This document shows positions 38,154 to 47,308 of a stretch of DNA of 64,000 nt, one piece after another (position 1 is the first letter of the stretch; each line of letters opens with the position of its first letter). The stretch is taken from NCBI GenBank assembly GCA_965227515.1, contig CBDDFZ010000002.1, positions 1,312,001 through 1,376,000 of the forward strand, in the 5' to 3' direction. The stretch is from Alphaproteobacteria bacterium. GTDB lineage: Bacteria; Pseudomonadota; Alphaproteobacteria; CALKHQ01. The position numbers were made by a program, and so were the translations under genes. The notes beneath the pieces were generated by a model. That model was not told the DNA's origin, made no database searches, and was given only the letters and a program-made list of their open reading frames with translations.

Positions 38154-38921
38154 CTAAGCCTCGGGGGGCTGGCCGCGCAACGACGGCAGCCCCACGCCGG
38201 TGCTCTCGAACCCGCCGTCGGCGGCGATGACTTGGCCGGTGATGTAGCTCGCCTTCTCTGAGCACAAGAAGGCGATCAGGCCGGCGATCTCCTCCTCGCT
38301 GCCATAGCGGTTCAGCGGGATCGCGTCGTGGTAGGCGGCCACGATGTCGGGGGTGTGGACCGCCATGGCGAGCTTGGTGCGCACCGGTCCCGGCGCCACG
38401 CAATTGGCGCGGATGCCATACTCGCCCAGCTCCGCCGCCTGCTGCCGGGTGAGTTGCATCACGGCGGCCTTGGACGTGCCGTAGGCAGTGCGCAGGGTCG
38501 AGGCACGCAGGCCGGAAATGCTGGCGATGTTGACGATACAGCCGCGCGACGCCTTCAGCGCCGGCAGGGCCGCCTGCGCGCACAGGAACACACCGTCCAG
38601 ATTGGTCGCCATCACCGTGCGCCAGCGCTGGAAATCGGTCTCCTCGATCGGCCCGAAGTCGGCGACGCCGGCATTGTTCACCAGATGGTCGATGCGCCCA
38701 AACGCAGCCTCGGTCGCGCGCACGATCTCATCGACCTGATCGGGGATCGAAACGTCGAGCGGCAGCGGGAGGACATTCGCCAGGCCCGCTGAGGCCTCGT
38801 CCAATGCCGGCTTGTCGCGGTCCACCATCGCGACGGCCACGCCCTCGGCCAGCAGCAGCTTGGTGGTAGCAAGCCCGATGCCGCGCGCGGCCCCGGTGAC
38901 GATGGCGACCCGTTCCGGCAT
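38154..38921 (-). CDS. SDR family NAD(P)-dependent oxidoreductase
   Basis: TGAARGIG, NNAG, YGTSK. Confidence 0.93.
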   Translation of the reverse strand: MPERVAIVTGAARGIGLATTKLLLAEGVAVAMVDRDKPALDEASAGLANVLPLPLDVSIPDQVDEIVRATEAAFGRIDHLVNNAGVADFGPIEETDFQRWRTVMATNLDGVFLCAQAALPALKASRGCIVNIASISGLRASTLRTAYGTSKAAVMQLTRQQAAELGEYGIRANCVAPGPVRTKLAMAVHTPDIVAAYHDAIPLNRYGSEEEIAGLIAFLCSEKASYITGQVIAADGGFESTGVGLPSLRGQPPEA

Positions 38922-39055
38922 ATGATGGGTTCCCTGAGAGTCCTTGGTTATGCGATGCCCATACTAGCCGTTACCGTTTCCAACGTCGTGCTGAGCAAGA
39001 TTGAAGTGGAAAACGTGGAGATTTCCTCCTATTTGGAGGAAAGGAGGAATTTTTG

Positions 39056-39319
39056 ATGCCGCTCAACATCAAGGACGAAGCTGTCACGGAGCAGGCACGG
39101 CGCCTTGCCAAGCTGACTGGCCAGTCCATTACCGCGGCAGTCCGCGAAGCCGTGGCCAATCGATTGCGGGAGATCGAGCGTGCCAGTGCACAGGTCGCGC
39201 CACCACGCACGCCTGAACGCCTGCTGGCAATGGCGCGAGAGATCGCCGCGCAAATGCCAAGCGATGCGCATTCCGCCGATCACGCCGATCTGTATGGCGA
39301 GGACGGGCTTCCGGAATGA
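39056..39319 (+). CDS. vapB: VapB-type antitoxin
   Basis: MPLNIKD..ARRLA..TGQSIT.AV and LYGEDGLP end; overlaps vapC start. Confidence 0.88.
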   Translation: MPLNIKDEAVTEQARRLAKLTGQSITAAVREAVANRLREIERASAQVAPPRTPERLLAMAREIAAQMPSDAHSADHADLYGEDGLPE

Positions 39320-39711
39320 TCGTCGATGCGTCGGCGCTGCTTGCGGTGCTGTTGGACGAGCCTGAGGCCCCCGCATTCGCGGCGGCGATCTGCGATGCCG
39401 ATCCGGCAGCGATTTCGGTGGTGAACTACCTCGAGGTCGCGATCCGGATCGACCGACAGGATAGCGTGACGCTGACGCAGAAATTCGACCGGTTCATCGA
39501 GTTCAGCGGCATCGGGTTGCGCCCGGTCTCGGTGTCGCAGACCCGCATCGCGCGCCAAGCCTATGCCGAATTCGGCAAGGGCCGGCATCGTGCGGGGCTG
39601 AATTTCGGTGATTGTTTCGCCTATGCGTTGGCGAAAGAAGCCGGCGATACGCTGCTGTTCAAGGGCGCGGACTTCATCCACACAGACCTTCGACCCGCAA
39701 TTCAGGTCTGA
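39316..39711 (+). CDS. vapC: VapC PIN-domain toxin
   Basis: MIVDASA, FGKGRHRAGLNFGDCFAYALAK, LLFKG.DF. Confidence 0.93.
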   Translation: MIVDASALLAVLLDEPEAPAFAAAICDADPAAISVVNYLEVAIRIDRQDSVTLTQKFDRFIEFSGIGLRPVSVSQTRIARQAYAEFGKGRHRAGLNFGDCFAYALAKEAGDTLLFKGADFIHTDLRPAIQV

Positions 39712-39720
39712 GGCCTGGGA

Positions 39721-40188
39721 CTACTCCGCCGCGGCGCGGTCGGGCTCGGTGAGGAGGTCGAAGATCATCGAGGCGCTGCCGGCGGCGCGTATCTTCGAGC
39801 AGAGTTCGGCATTGCGCATGGATCGGGCGACCCGGGCCAGCGCCTTCAGGTGGTCGGCACCTTCGCCGGCGGGCGCCAGCATCAGGAAGATCAGGTCGAC
39901 CGGCTGGTCGTCCGGCGCGTCGAACGGAATCGGGTCGGCCAGTTGCGCGAACACCGCATAGATGCGGTCGATACCCTCGGGCCGCGCATGCGGGATCGCC
40001 ACGCCGTGGCCCACCGCCGTCGAGCCCAAACGCTCCCGCTCGGTCAGCATGTCGAACACCATCCGGTCGGTGGCGCCGCTCTGGCGCGCCGCAACTTTCG
40101 ACAGGTGCTGAAAAGCCTGTTTCTTGCTGGAAACATCCAGCCCGACCACCACGGCCTGCGGGCTCGTCAGCAAATCACGCATTTCCAT
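39721..40188 (-). CDS. ptsN: PTS EIIA(Ntr) nitrogen regulatory protein
   Basis: RERLGSTAVGHGVAIPHA, PVDLIF, GADHLKALA; downstream of rpoN-hpf. Confidence 0.93.
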   Translation of the reverse strand: MEMRDLLTSPQAVVVGLDVSSKKQAFQHLSKVAARQSGATDRMVFDMLTERERLGSTAVGHGVAIPHARPEGIDRIYAVFAQLADPIPFDAPDDQPVDLIFLMLAPAGEGADHLKALARVARSMRNAELCSKIRAAGSASMIFDLLTEPDRAAAE

Positions 40189-40241
40189 AGATCCCAACCT
40201 TGCTTCGTCTTGAACGGACGGTCACGCGGCGTTCGAGCGCC

Positions 40242-40829
40242 TTATTGCGTGTCCCCGCCCGGATCGATCCATCCGATGTTGCCGTCGTCGCGGCGATACA
40301 CGACGTTGAGACCGCCGTGCTTGGCGTTGAGGAAGACCAGCGCCGGCTGGTCGGCGAGGTCCAGGCGCATCACCGCGGCCATCGGGCTCAGTGTCGCCAG
40401 TTCCGCGGGCTGTTCCGCGATCACCGCTGGGGCGTCGCCCTGCGGTGCCATGTCGTCTTCGTCGTCGTCGTCTTGGGGCGACGCCACGACGTAGTGCTGG
40501 CCGCTGCGCCGCACATCGGCCCCGTCGTTCGACTTGTGATGGTCTTTCAGGCGCCGCTTGTGGCGGCGCAGGCGCTTGGCCAGCCGCTCGATCGCCTGGT
40601 CCGCGGCGGCATAGGCATCTGGCGCCTCGGCATGGCTGCGCATCAGAATGCCACGCGCGGCGTGAACGGAGATGTCGGCGGTAAACGCGCCACCCTGGCG
40701 CCCCATCACCACGTTCGCTTCCAGGGCACGGTCGAAGTACTTGGTAACGCCGGCCTCCACATGCTCGGTGATGTGCGCGCGCAAGGCATCGCCGATATCG
40801 ATGTGCTGTCCGGATACGTCAATCCGCAT
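40242..40829 (-). CDS. hpf: Ribosome hibernation promoting factor (long HPF)
   Basis: VSGQHIDIGDAL, RLRRHKRRLKDHH, NVVYRRDDGNIGWIDP. Confidence 0.93.
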   Translation of the reverse strand: MRIDVSGQHIDIGDALRAHITEHVEAGVTKYFDRALEANVVMGRQGGAFTADISVHAARGILMRSHAEAPDAYAAADQAIERLAKRLRRHKRRLKDHHKSNDGADVRRSGQHYVVASPQDDDDEDDMAPQGDAPAVIAEQPAELATLSPMAAVMRLDLADQPALVFLNAKHGGLNVVYRRDDGNIGWIDPGGDTQ

Positions 40830-41096
40830 GGGTGCACGGGCTCTTGTGGTCAGGTCGTCGGGCGTGTGGCATCAGGGTTCCGATCGCATTGCCTCAGACA
40901 TCTGCACCGAACCTCAGCGTACGCGCAGTTGCCGCCTTGGGCTAGATCAACGTCGGCTTGCGCTGATTCCGCGCCCGCCGTTCCCCCTTTCGGTTCCGGC
41001 ACCTTGTGTGCGGTGCCGCGAAGGGGGCGGAACTTATGCTTGTGACGGTTCGATGTCAAACCCCTGGACGTGCACAAATCGCGCCAGAGAACGGGG

Positions 41097-41225
41097 CTTG
41101 AGCATGATCATTTCAGTCGGCACCAGCCCTCTCCCCCACCCGGCCACCCAGCAGGATACTCTCGTGGGTGGCCGGGTGGGGGAGAGGGCTGGCGCAGACT
41201 TCAGCGTAAGCTGATCCCAATATAG
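41097..41225. repeat. About 128-bp palindromic repeat, copy 3
   Basis: CTTGAGCATGATC..agccctctcccccacccggccaccc / agcaggatactctcgt / gggtggccgggtgggggagagggct; abuts the rpoN stop. Confidence 0.88.
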
Positions 41226-41226
41226 C

Positions 41227-42750
41227 CTACAGCGCTGCGGCCAATTGGCGCCGGCGCTGAACGGACGAGGGAATCCGCATGGCTTCCCGGTATTTGGCGA
41301 CAGTGCGCCGCGCAATCACGACTCCGGCACCGCGCAGCGCATCGACGATCTGGTCGTCGGACAGCACGGTCGACTGGGTCTCGGCGCCGATCAGGTCGCG
41401 GATACGATGCCGCACCGCCTCGGCCGACAGCATGTCGCCGCTGCTGCCCTGGATGGCGGCGGTGAAGAAGTACTTGAGTTCGAAGATGCCGCGCGGCGTG
41501 GCGATGAACTTGTTGGTGGTCACGCGGCTGACCGTGCTCTCGTGCATCTCGATGGCATCGGCAATGTCGCGCAGGATCAGCGGCCGCAGATGGGTCACGC
41601 CATAGGCGAAGAACTGGTCCTGCTGAGCCACGATCTCGGTCGCGACCTTCAGGATGGTGGTGGCGCGCTGGTGCAGCGACTTCACCAACCAGTTGGCGGC
41701 GTTCAGGCTCTCGACCAGGTACTCGCGCTCGCCCGACGAGCGCGCGTTGGGTTTCAGCTTGGCGTAGTAGGCGGAGTTCACCAGCACCCGGGGCAGAGCA
41801 TCGGTGTTCAACTCGACGTTCCAGCCGCCCTCCAGGTTCGGGCGCATCAGCACATCGGGCACCACCGGCTGCAGCGGGGCCGCATCGAACATGAAGGCCG
41901 GCTTCGGGTTCAGGCGGCGAATCTCGGCCGCCATGTCCGCCAGATCCTCCTCGTCCACCCCGCAGATGCGCTTCAGCGCGGCCACATCGCGCGCGGCCAG
42001 CAGATCGAGGTTGTCCAGCATCGCCGCCATCGCCGGGTCCAGGCGGTCCTTTTCGCGCAACTGCAGCGCCAGGCACTCGCCCAGCGAGCGGGCGAACACA
42101 CCCACCGGCTCAAGCGTCTGCAGGGTAGCCAGCACGGCCTCGATCTCGGCCACGTCACAGCCCAGATTCTCCGCGATCTGCTCCAGCGGCACCGTCAGCC
42201 ACCCGGAGTCCTCCAGGCAGTCGATCATGTAGGTGCCGATCAGGCGGGTACGGGCATCGGGCGCGGTGACGCCGAACTGCTCCACCAGGTGCTCGCGCAG
42301 CGTGATGTCGTTGGAGAGTGACTGCTCGGGCCCGTATTCGCTGTCGTCGAACCGACCGCCCTGGCCGCCGAAGCCCCACTGGGCATAGCTGCCGCCGTCG
42401 TCGCCGGCGCGGTCGGAGCCGATATCGTCCCCCCAGACCGAGTTCAGGTCGGTGTCGAGCGGGGTCTCGTCACGGGCCGCGATGCTGCTGTCCGGGCCGG
42501 CCGCGTCATGGCCGTTGACCGCGCCCTCGGCCGGTTCCGGCGGGCCGGCGGCGACAATGTCGTCCCCGAAGCCGTCGCCACCGGGCACGTCGTCCGGCCG
42601 ATCCAGCATCGGGTTGCGCTCGATTTCCGCCTCGACATAGGCCGATAGCTCCAGATTGGAGAGCTGCAGCAGCTTGATGGCCTGCTGCAGCTGCGGCGTC
42701 ATGACCAGACCCTGGGTCTGGCGCAGATCCAATCTTTGGGAGATGGCCAT
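41227..42750 (-). CDS. rpoN: RNA polymerase sigma-54 factor
   Basis: MTPQLQQAIKLLQL, MHESTVSRVT, RpoN box ARRTVAKYRE. Confidence 0.97.
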   Translation of the reverse strand: MAISQRLDLRQTQGLVMTPQLQQAIKLLQLSNLELSAYVEAEIERNPMLDRPDDVPGGDGFGDDIVAAGPPEPAEGAVNGHDAAGPDSSIAARDETPLDTDLNSVWGDDIGSDRAGDDGGSYAQWGFGGQGGRFDDSEYGPEQSLSNDITLREHLVEQFGVTAPDARTRLIGTYMIDCLEDSGWLTVPLEQIAENLGCDVAEIEAVLATLQTLEPVGVFARSLGECLALQLREKDRLDPAMAAMLDNLDLLAARDVAALKRICGVDEEDLADMAAEIRRLNPKPAFMFDAAPLQPVVPDVLMRPNLEGGWNVELNTDALPRVLVNSAYYAKLKPNARSSGEREYLVESLNAANWLVKSLHQRATTILKVATEIVAQQDQFFAYGVTHLRPLILRDIADAIEMHESTVSRVTTNKFIATPRGIFELKYFFTAAIQGSSGDMLSAEAVRHRIRDLIGAETQSTVLSDDQIVDALRGAGVVIARRTVAKYREAMRIPSSVQRRRQLAAAL

Positions 42751-42761
42751 CCGGCGGCGCC

Positions 42762-43583
42762 CTACAGACTGAAGCGCTCGCCCAGATAGACGCGCCGGAC
42801 GTCTTCATGCGCGACGATTTCGTTCGGCTTGCCTTCCATCAGCACGGCGCCGTCATGGATGATGTAGGCGCGATCCACCGTGCCCAGGGTCTCGCGCACA
42901 TTGTGGTCGGTGATCAGCACGCCGATGCCACGGTCGGTCAGGTGCAGGACCAGTTCGCGAATGTCGTTGACCGCGATGGGGTCGATGCCGGCCAGCGGCT
43001 CGTCGAACAGGATGAAGCTGGGTTGCGAGGCCAGAGCGCGCGCAATCTCCACCCGGCGCCGCTCGCCGCCCGACAGGGTCACCGCCGGCGTCCGCCTGAG
43101 GTGGGAGATCGAGAACTCGCCCAGAAGGTCGTCGAGCATGGCTTCGCGGCGGTCGCGATTGGAATCGACCGATTCCAGCACGGCGCGAATGTTCTGCTCC
43201 ACCGACAATCCGCGGAAAATCGAAGGTTCCTGCGGCAGGTAGCCGATGCCCATGCGCGCGCGGCGGTACATCGGCAGCTCGGTGATGTTGGTGCCGTCCA
43301 GGCTGATCTCGCCGTAGTCGGCCGAAAGCAGCCCCATGATGATGTAGAAGAACGTCGTCTTGCCGGCGCCGTTGGGGCCGAGCAGGGCCACCGCCTCGCC
43401 GCGCTGCACGCTGACACCGACGTCGCGCAGCACCGGGCGGCGCCGGAAGCGCTTTCCGACATTGCGCGCGATCAGGCCGGGGTTGTCGGTGACGAGCCTT
43501 GGGGTCTGGTGCGCGTGCTCGTCGCCTGCGGCGGTGTCGCCGTGCTTCGTGCCGGCGTCACGCACTGGCCCGCCTTTCGTCAT
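42762..43583 (-). CDS. lptB: LPS export ABC ATP-binding protein
   Basis: GPNGAGKTT.FY, GYLPQEPSIFRGL, LSGGERRRVEIARAL, LITDHNVRETL. Confidence 0.95.
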   Translation of the reverse strand: MTKGGPVRDAGTKHGDTAAGDEHAHQTPRLVTDNPGLIARNVGKRFRRRPVLRDVGVSVQRGEAVALLGPNGAGKTTFFYIIMGLLSADYGEISLDGTNITELPMYRRARMGIGYLPQEPSIFRGLSVEQNIRAVLESVDSNRDRREAMLDDLLGEFSISHLRRTPAVTLSGGERRRVEIARALASQPSFILFDEPLAGIDPIAVNDIRELVLHLTDRGIGVLITDHNVRETLGTVDRAYIIHDGAVLMEGKPNEIVAHEDVRRVYLGERFSL

Positions 43584-44437
43584 TGTGGTGGCTCGACTAC
43601 GCAAGGGACCTCGCCATCAGTGGCTTCTTCCTCGTTCACAAAACGCCCGACCGCCGCCGTCATCTGGAAGATGCCGGTATTCAGATCGTACCGCGCAGAT
43701 CCCCCGACCATCTGGTTGTTGCCCTGGGAAATCCTAACATTTCCCGAAAGCTCGGCGATGCCGGTCCGCGCGTAATAGATACCCTGATCGCCGAGCAGGC
43801 GCTCGGTCGGGGTAATGATGTCCACGCCGCCGAACGCCTCGACCCGGTCCAGGTTCTGCGCGCGTTCGTCGCCTTCGCCCGGTGCGGCTTCCTCGTCGGC
43901 AAAATACGCGGTCAGAATGTCGGCGGCCAAGCGTTCGGTGCCGGTACAGGCCACCGCGTCGCCGCGGGCCACCGCCATCTGTTCCTGTTCCCAGTATTCC
44001 AGGCTATCGCGGGCGGTCAACCACTCCGTCGGTGTCGACAGACGCAAATTGTCGCCGGTCAGGACCGCGACGCCGTTGACGACGTCGTAAACGCCGTTCT
44101 GGCCGGTGACCTGCTCGTTGGCGGTGGTGATGACGACATTGCCCACCGCATCGATGCGGTAGATGTCGATATCCTCGGCCTCCGGGTCATAGAACGCGCT
44201 CAACGTGTCGGCGCGGATCGACACGTCGCCGCGGGTGGCCGTGGCATTGCCGCGGGCGATGTAGGCGCCGCGGTCGCGCTGCCATTCAATGCCGTTGATC
44301 GCCTCGATCTGCACCGGCTCGCCGTCGCCGCCCAGGTCGAGGCCCTGGGATACCGCAGCGCCCATGGAGCCGACCCAAACCGCGGAGGCGGCCAGCACCG
44401 TGCACGCCAACCCGAGCGCGTCGCGCCAGACCGTCAC
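43580..44437 (-). CDS. lptA: LPS transport periplasmic protein LptA/OstA
   Basis: Signal peptide and repeated beta-jellyroll motifs; lies between lptC and lptB. Confidence 0.85.
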   Translation of the reverse strand: MTVWRDALGLACTVLAASAVWVGSMGAAVSQGLDLGGDGEPVQIEAINGIEWQRDRGAYIARGNATATRGDVSIRADTLSAFYDPEAEDIDIYRIDAVGNVVITTANEQVTGQNGVYDVVNGVAVLTGDNLRLSTPTEWLTARDSLEYWEQEQMAVARGDAVACTGTERLAADILTAYFADEEAAPGEGDERAQNLDRVEAFGGVDIITPTERLLGDQGIYYARTGIAELSGNVRISQGNNQMVGGSARYDLNTGIFQMTAAVGRFVNEEEATDGEVPCVVEPPQ

Positions 44438-45180
44438 AGCGGGTTGTCCTCGCTGTTGACGCGAAGGGTCACCATCGCCCGCCCGGTGAATTCGATGGTC
44501 ATGCCATCGTCCTTGATGACGAAGCCGTCGGCATCCACGTCCCCGAACGGTCCGTTGCCGACAACGCCCTGGTCGCCGCTTGCGATGCCGTCGGCAAGAT
44601 CGATCACCGCGACCGGGGTGTGAAACTCGTAGCCGCCGTCATGGAACAACTGGACGTCGCCATCCAGGTTCAAGACCTCGCTGGTTTGATTGTAGACCCC
44701 GTTCTCGGCCCGCAACAGCACCCATGCCCCATCGGACAGGGTGACGTCGGCCACCGGGTTTTCCAGCAGGACCAGGTCCTTGTCGGTTTCGTCCCGCTGC
44801 GCCCCGTCGGCAGTCACCTGGAACGGCTGCCCGTCCTGGTCGACGCCGCTGTAGCGCGGCTGGGTCATCCGCAGCCGCTCCGCATCCTCGATCGACAGCA
44901 CGCCGCCGGTGTCCTCGAATTGCTCCTCGATGGCCACGAACTCGGACCACAGGGCGACTACCAGCACCAGCGCCACCGTCACCACCGGCAGCACCAGGCG
45001 CATCGTCTGCACGAAAACGGTGTAGCCGATGCCCGGCGGACGGCGCCGACGCCCGCCGTCCGAGCCCTCGTAGCCCGGCAATCCGCGGCCCATGCCACCG
45101 CGCGCGGGCTCCGCTCTCGCGCTCCGGTCCTGGAGGCCGGCGTCCGACGCGTGGTCAGGAGTGTCAACGCTGCTTGTCAT
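44434..45180 (-). CDS. lptC: LPS export periplasmic protein LptC
   Basis: Single TM, PRYSGVD..GQPF.VTA motif; conserved synteny. Confidence 0.82.
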   Translation of the reverse strand: MTSSVDTPDHASDAGLQDRSARAEPARGGMGRGLPGYEGSDGGRRRRPPGIGYTVFVQTMRLVLPVVTVALVLVVALWSEFVAIEEQFEDTGGVLSIEDAERLRMTQPRYSGVDQDGQPFQVTADGAQRDETDKDLVLLENPVADVTLSDGAWVLLRAENGVYNQTSEVLNLDGDVQLFHDGGYEFHTPVAVIDLADGIASGDQGVVGNGPFGDVDADGFVIKDDGMTIEFTGRAMVTLRVNSEDNPL

Positions 45181-45232
45181 GCCGTTGGATATATGGTGCC
45201 GAGGGCCGTCATTTTCCGCCCCGGCGGGCGTA

Positions 45233-46240
45233 TTACGCGACGCCGGCGTGCAGAATGTCGTGTACGTGGACAATCCCTACAGGACGTTCACCGTCCAGGG
45301 CAAACATGGCGATAACGCGGCGGGCGTTGAGTTGCGCCAGCACCTCCGCCGCCAGCGCCTGGGGCGTGGTGGTCAACGGTGTGCGCGTCATCACCTGGGA
45401 GGCACGCAGCGACAGCAGGTCCTGGCCCGCATGCCTGCGCAGATCGCCGTCGGTGATCATGCCGACAAGCTTGCCGGCGCCATCCACCACGCCGATGCAG
45501 CCGAACCGCTTCGACGCCATGGCCACCAGGGCCTCGCCCATGGGCGGGTCGAGTTCGATCAGCGGCATGTCGTCGCCGCTGTGCATGACGTCGGCCACCC
45601 GCAGCAACATGCGGCCCAGCTGACCGCCGGGGTGCAACTGGCCGAACCGCTCCGCCGTCAGCCCGTGGCGCTCCAGCAGCGCGACCGCCAGCGCATCGCC
45701 CAACGCCATCATCATCGTGGTCGAGGTGGTCGGCGCGAGGCGCAGTTGGCCGGCCTCGTCGGCCTTCGGCAGTTCCAGGATCAGGTCGGCCGCCCGGGCC
45801 AGCGTGCTGTCCGGCGCGGATGTCATCGCCACCAGCGGGATCGAGAACCGCTTGGCGTGCATAATGATGTCGCTGAGTTCGCTGGTCTCGCCGGAATTGG
45901 AGAGCGCCAGGATGCAGTCGCCATCGACCACCATGCCCAGGTCGCCGTGGCTGGCCTCGGCCGGGTGCACGAACAGCGCCGGCGTGTCGGTGGAGGCCAG
46001 GGTCGCCGCGATCTTGCGGGCGATATGGCCGGACTTGCCCATGCCGACCACCACGACACGGCCGCGCATGCCGCCGATCAGGCTCACAGCGTCGGCGAAG
46101 CTCTGCCCTAGATTGTCCGCGACCTCGCCCAGGGCCGCCGCGGCGGTGTGCAGCACCTGACGCCCGGTGGCGACAGCCTCGCCAGGGTCGCCTTCCGGGC
46201 GCACACCTTGCTTGGAACCGCCGGTGACCGCCTGGGTCAT
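45233..46240 (-). CDS. kdsD: Arabinose-5-phosphate isomerase (KpsF/GutQ family)
   Basis: GMGKSGHI, HPAEASHGDLG, APTTST, HPGG, CBS pair. Confidence 0.93.
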   Translation of the reverse strand: MTQAVTGGSKQGVRPEGDPGEAVATGRQVLHTAAAALGEVADNLGQSFADAVSLIGGMRGRVVVVGMGKSGHIARKIAATLASTDTPALFVHPAEASHGDLGMVVDGDCILALSNSGETSELSDIIMHAKRFSIPLVAMTSAPDSTLARAADLILELPKADEAGQLRLAPTTSTTMMMALGDALAVALLERHGLTAERFGQLHPGGQLGRMLLRVADVMHSGDDMPLIELDPPMGEALVAMASKRFGCIGVVDGAGKLVGMITDGDLRRHAGQDLLSLRASQVMTRTPLTTTPQALAAEVLAQLNARRVIAMFALDGERPVGIVHVHDILHAGVA

Positions 46241-46866
46241 GAGTGGGCGAAGATATCCTGGTCCGGCCAGCCGGCCAGATCGAGCGCGGCCCGCGTCGGC
46301 AGGAACGCGAAGCAGGATTGTGCGAAAACGGTGCGGCCCTCGCGCGCGAGCATCTCGTCCAGGGCGGCGCGCAGGCGATGCAGGTACAAGACGTCGCCGG
46401 CGGCGTAGGCCATCTGCTCCTTGGTCAGGGTCTCAGCACCCCAGTCCGAGCTTTGCTGCTGCTTGGAGATGTCCACGCCCAACAGGTCGCGGACCAGATC
46501 GCGCAGGCCGTGCTTGTCGGTGAAAGTGCGCACCAGCCGCGAGGCGATCTTGGTGCAATAGACCGGGCTTGCCATCACGCCCAGATAGCGCTGCATCACC
46601 GCCAGGTCGAAGCGGGCGAAGTGGAACAGCTTGGTGACGGCGGGGTCGGCCAGCAGCGCGCGCAGGCGTGGCGCGGCATAGGCATCGGCGTGCTCGGCCG
46701 GATTGCGGAACTGCACCAGATGGCAGGTGCCGTCGCCAGCCGAAAGCTGCACCAAGCACAGGCGGTCGCGGTCGGGCAGCAGGCCCATGGTTTCGGTATC
46801 GATCGCGACGCAATCGCCGAACTCGACGTCGGCGGGCAGGTCGCCGACGTGCAGCGTTGTGGTCAT
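46237..46866 (-). CDS. rnd: Ribonuclease D (short alphaproteobacterial type)
   Basis: AIDTETMGL..RDRLCLVQL, HFARFD, SKQQQSSDWG, DIFAHS. Confidence 0.9.
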   Translation of the reverse strand: MTTTLHVGDLPADVEFGDCVAIDTETMGLLPDRDRLCLVQLSAGDGTCHLVQFRNPAEHADAYAAPRLRALLADPAVTKLFHFARFDLAVMQRYLGVMASPVYCTKIASRLVRTFTDKHGLRDLVRDLLGVDISKQQQSSDWGAETLTKEQMAYAAGDVLYLHRLRAALDEMLAREGRTVFAQSCFAFLPTRAALDLAGWPDQDIFAHS

Positions 46867-46969
46867 GTATCAGCCTGGGTCATTACAGGACGGGGCGGTG
46901 CCGGGCGCCCGAAGAGGGACGCGTCGGTCGCCGTTGCGCCCGCTGGCGCGCACCTTTGCGCCAGGGCGC

Positions 46970-47056
46970 TGGTGCCCAGGAGAAGACTCGAACTTCCACG
47001 GCCTTGCGGCCACAGGTACCTGAAACCTGCGCGTCTACCAATTCCGCCACCTGGGC
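46970..47056 (-). tRNA. tRNA-Leu (anticodon CAG)
   Basis: GCCCAGGTGGCGGAATTGGTAGACGCG-CAGGT-TT-CAG-GT-ACCTG, variable arm GGCCGCAAGGCC, CCA end. Confidence 0.97.
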
Positions 47057-47308
47057 ACATCCGGGGGGCAAGTTCGGGGTGACGTAATGGGCGCGGGGGC
47101 TCTTGTCAACTCGCCTGCACTTGTCTTTGCGGTCTGGTGCGCGCAATTGTATCGGCGTGCGACGTTGTGTAGGACTTGCCGCAGTACGCGTTGGCGGCGG
47201 ACTGCGCTATTGTGCCGCCGGCGATTTTGGGGGTTGGCGATTCTGGGGATTTGGCGTGTGTTTGGCAGGCACCGGCCGGGCCTGAGACGACGGTTGAGGT
47301 GAAACGGC

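Noticed and set aside
18047-47056. Genomic island anchored at either tRNA-Leu
   Set aside because: I saw no integrase, no distal duplication of the tRNA 3' ends and no clear compositional shift.
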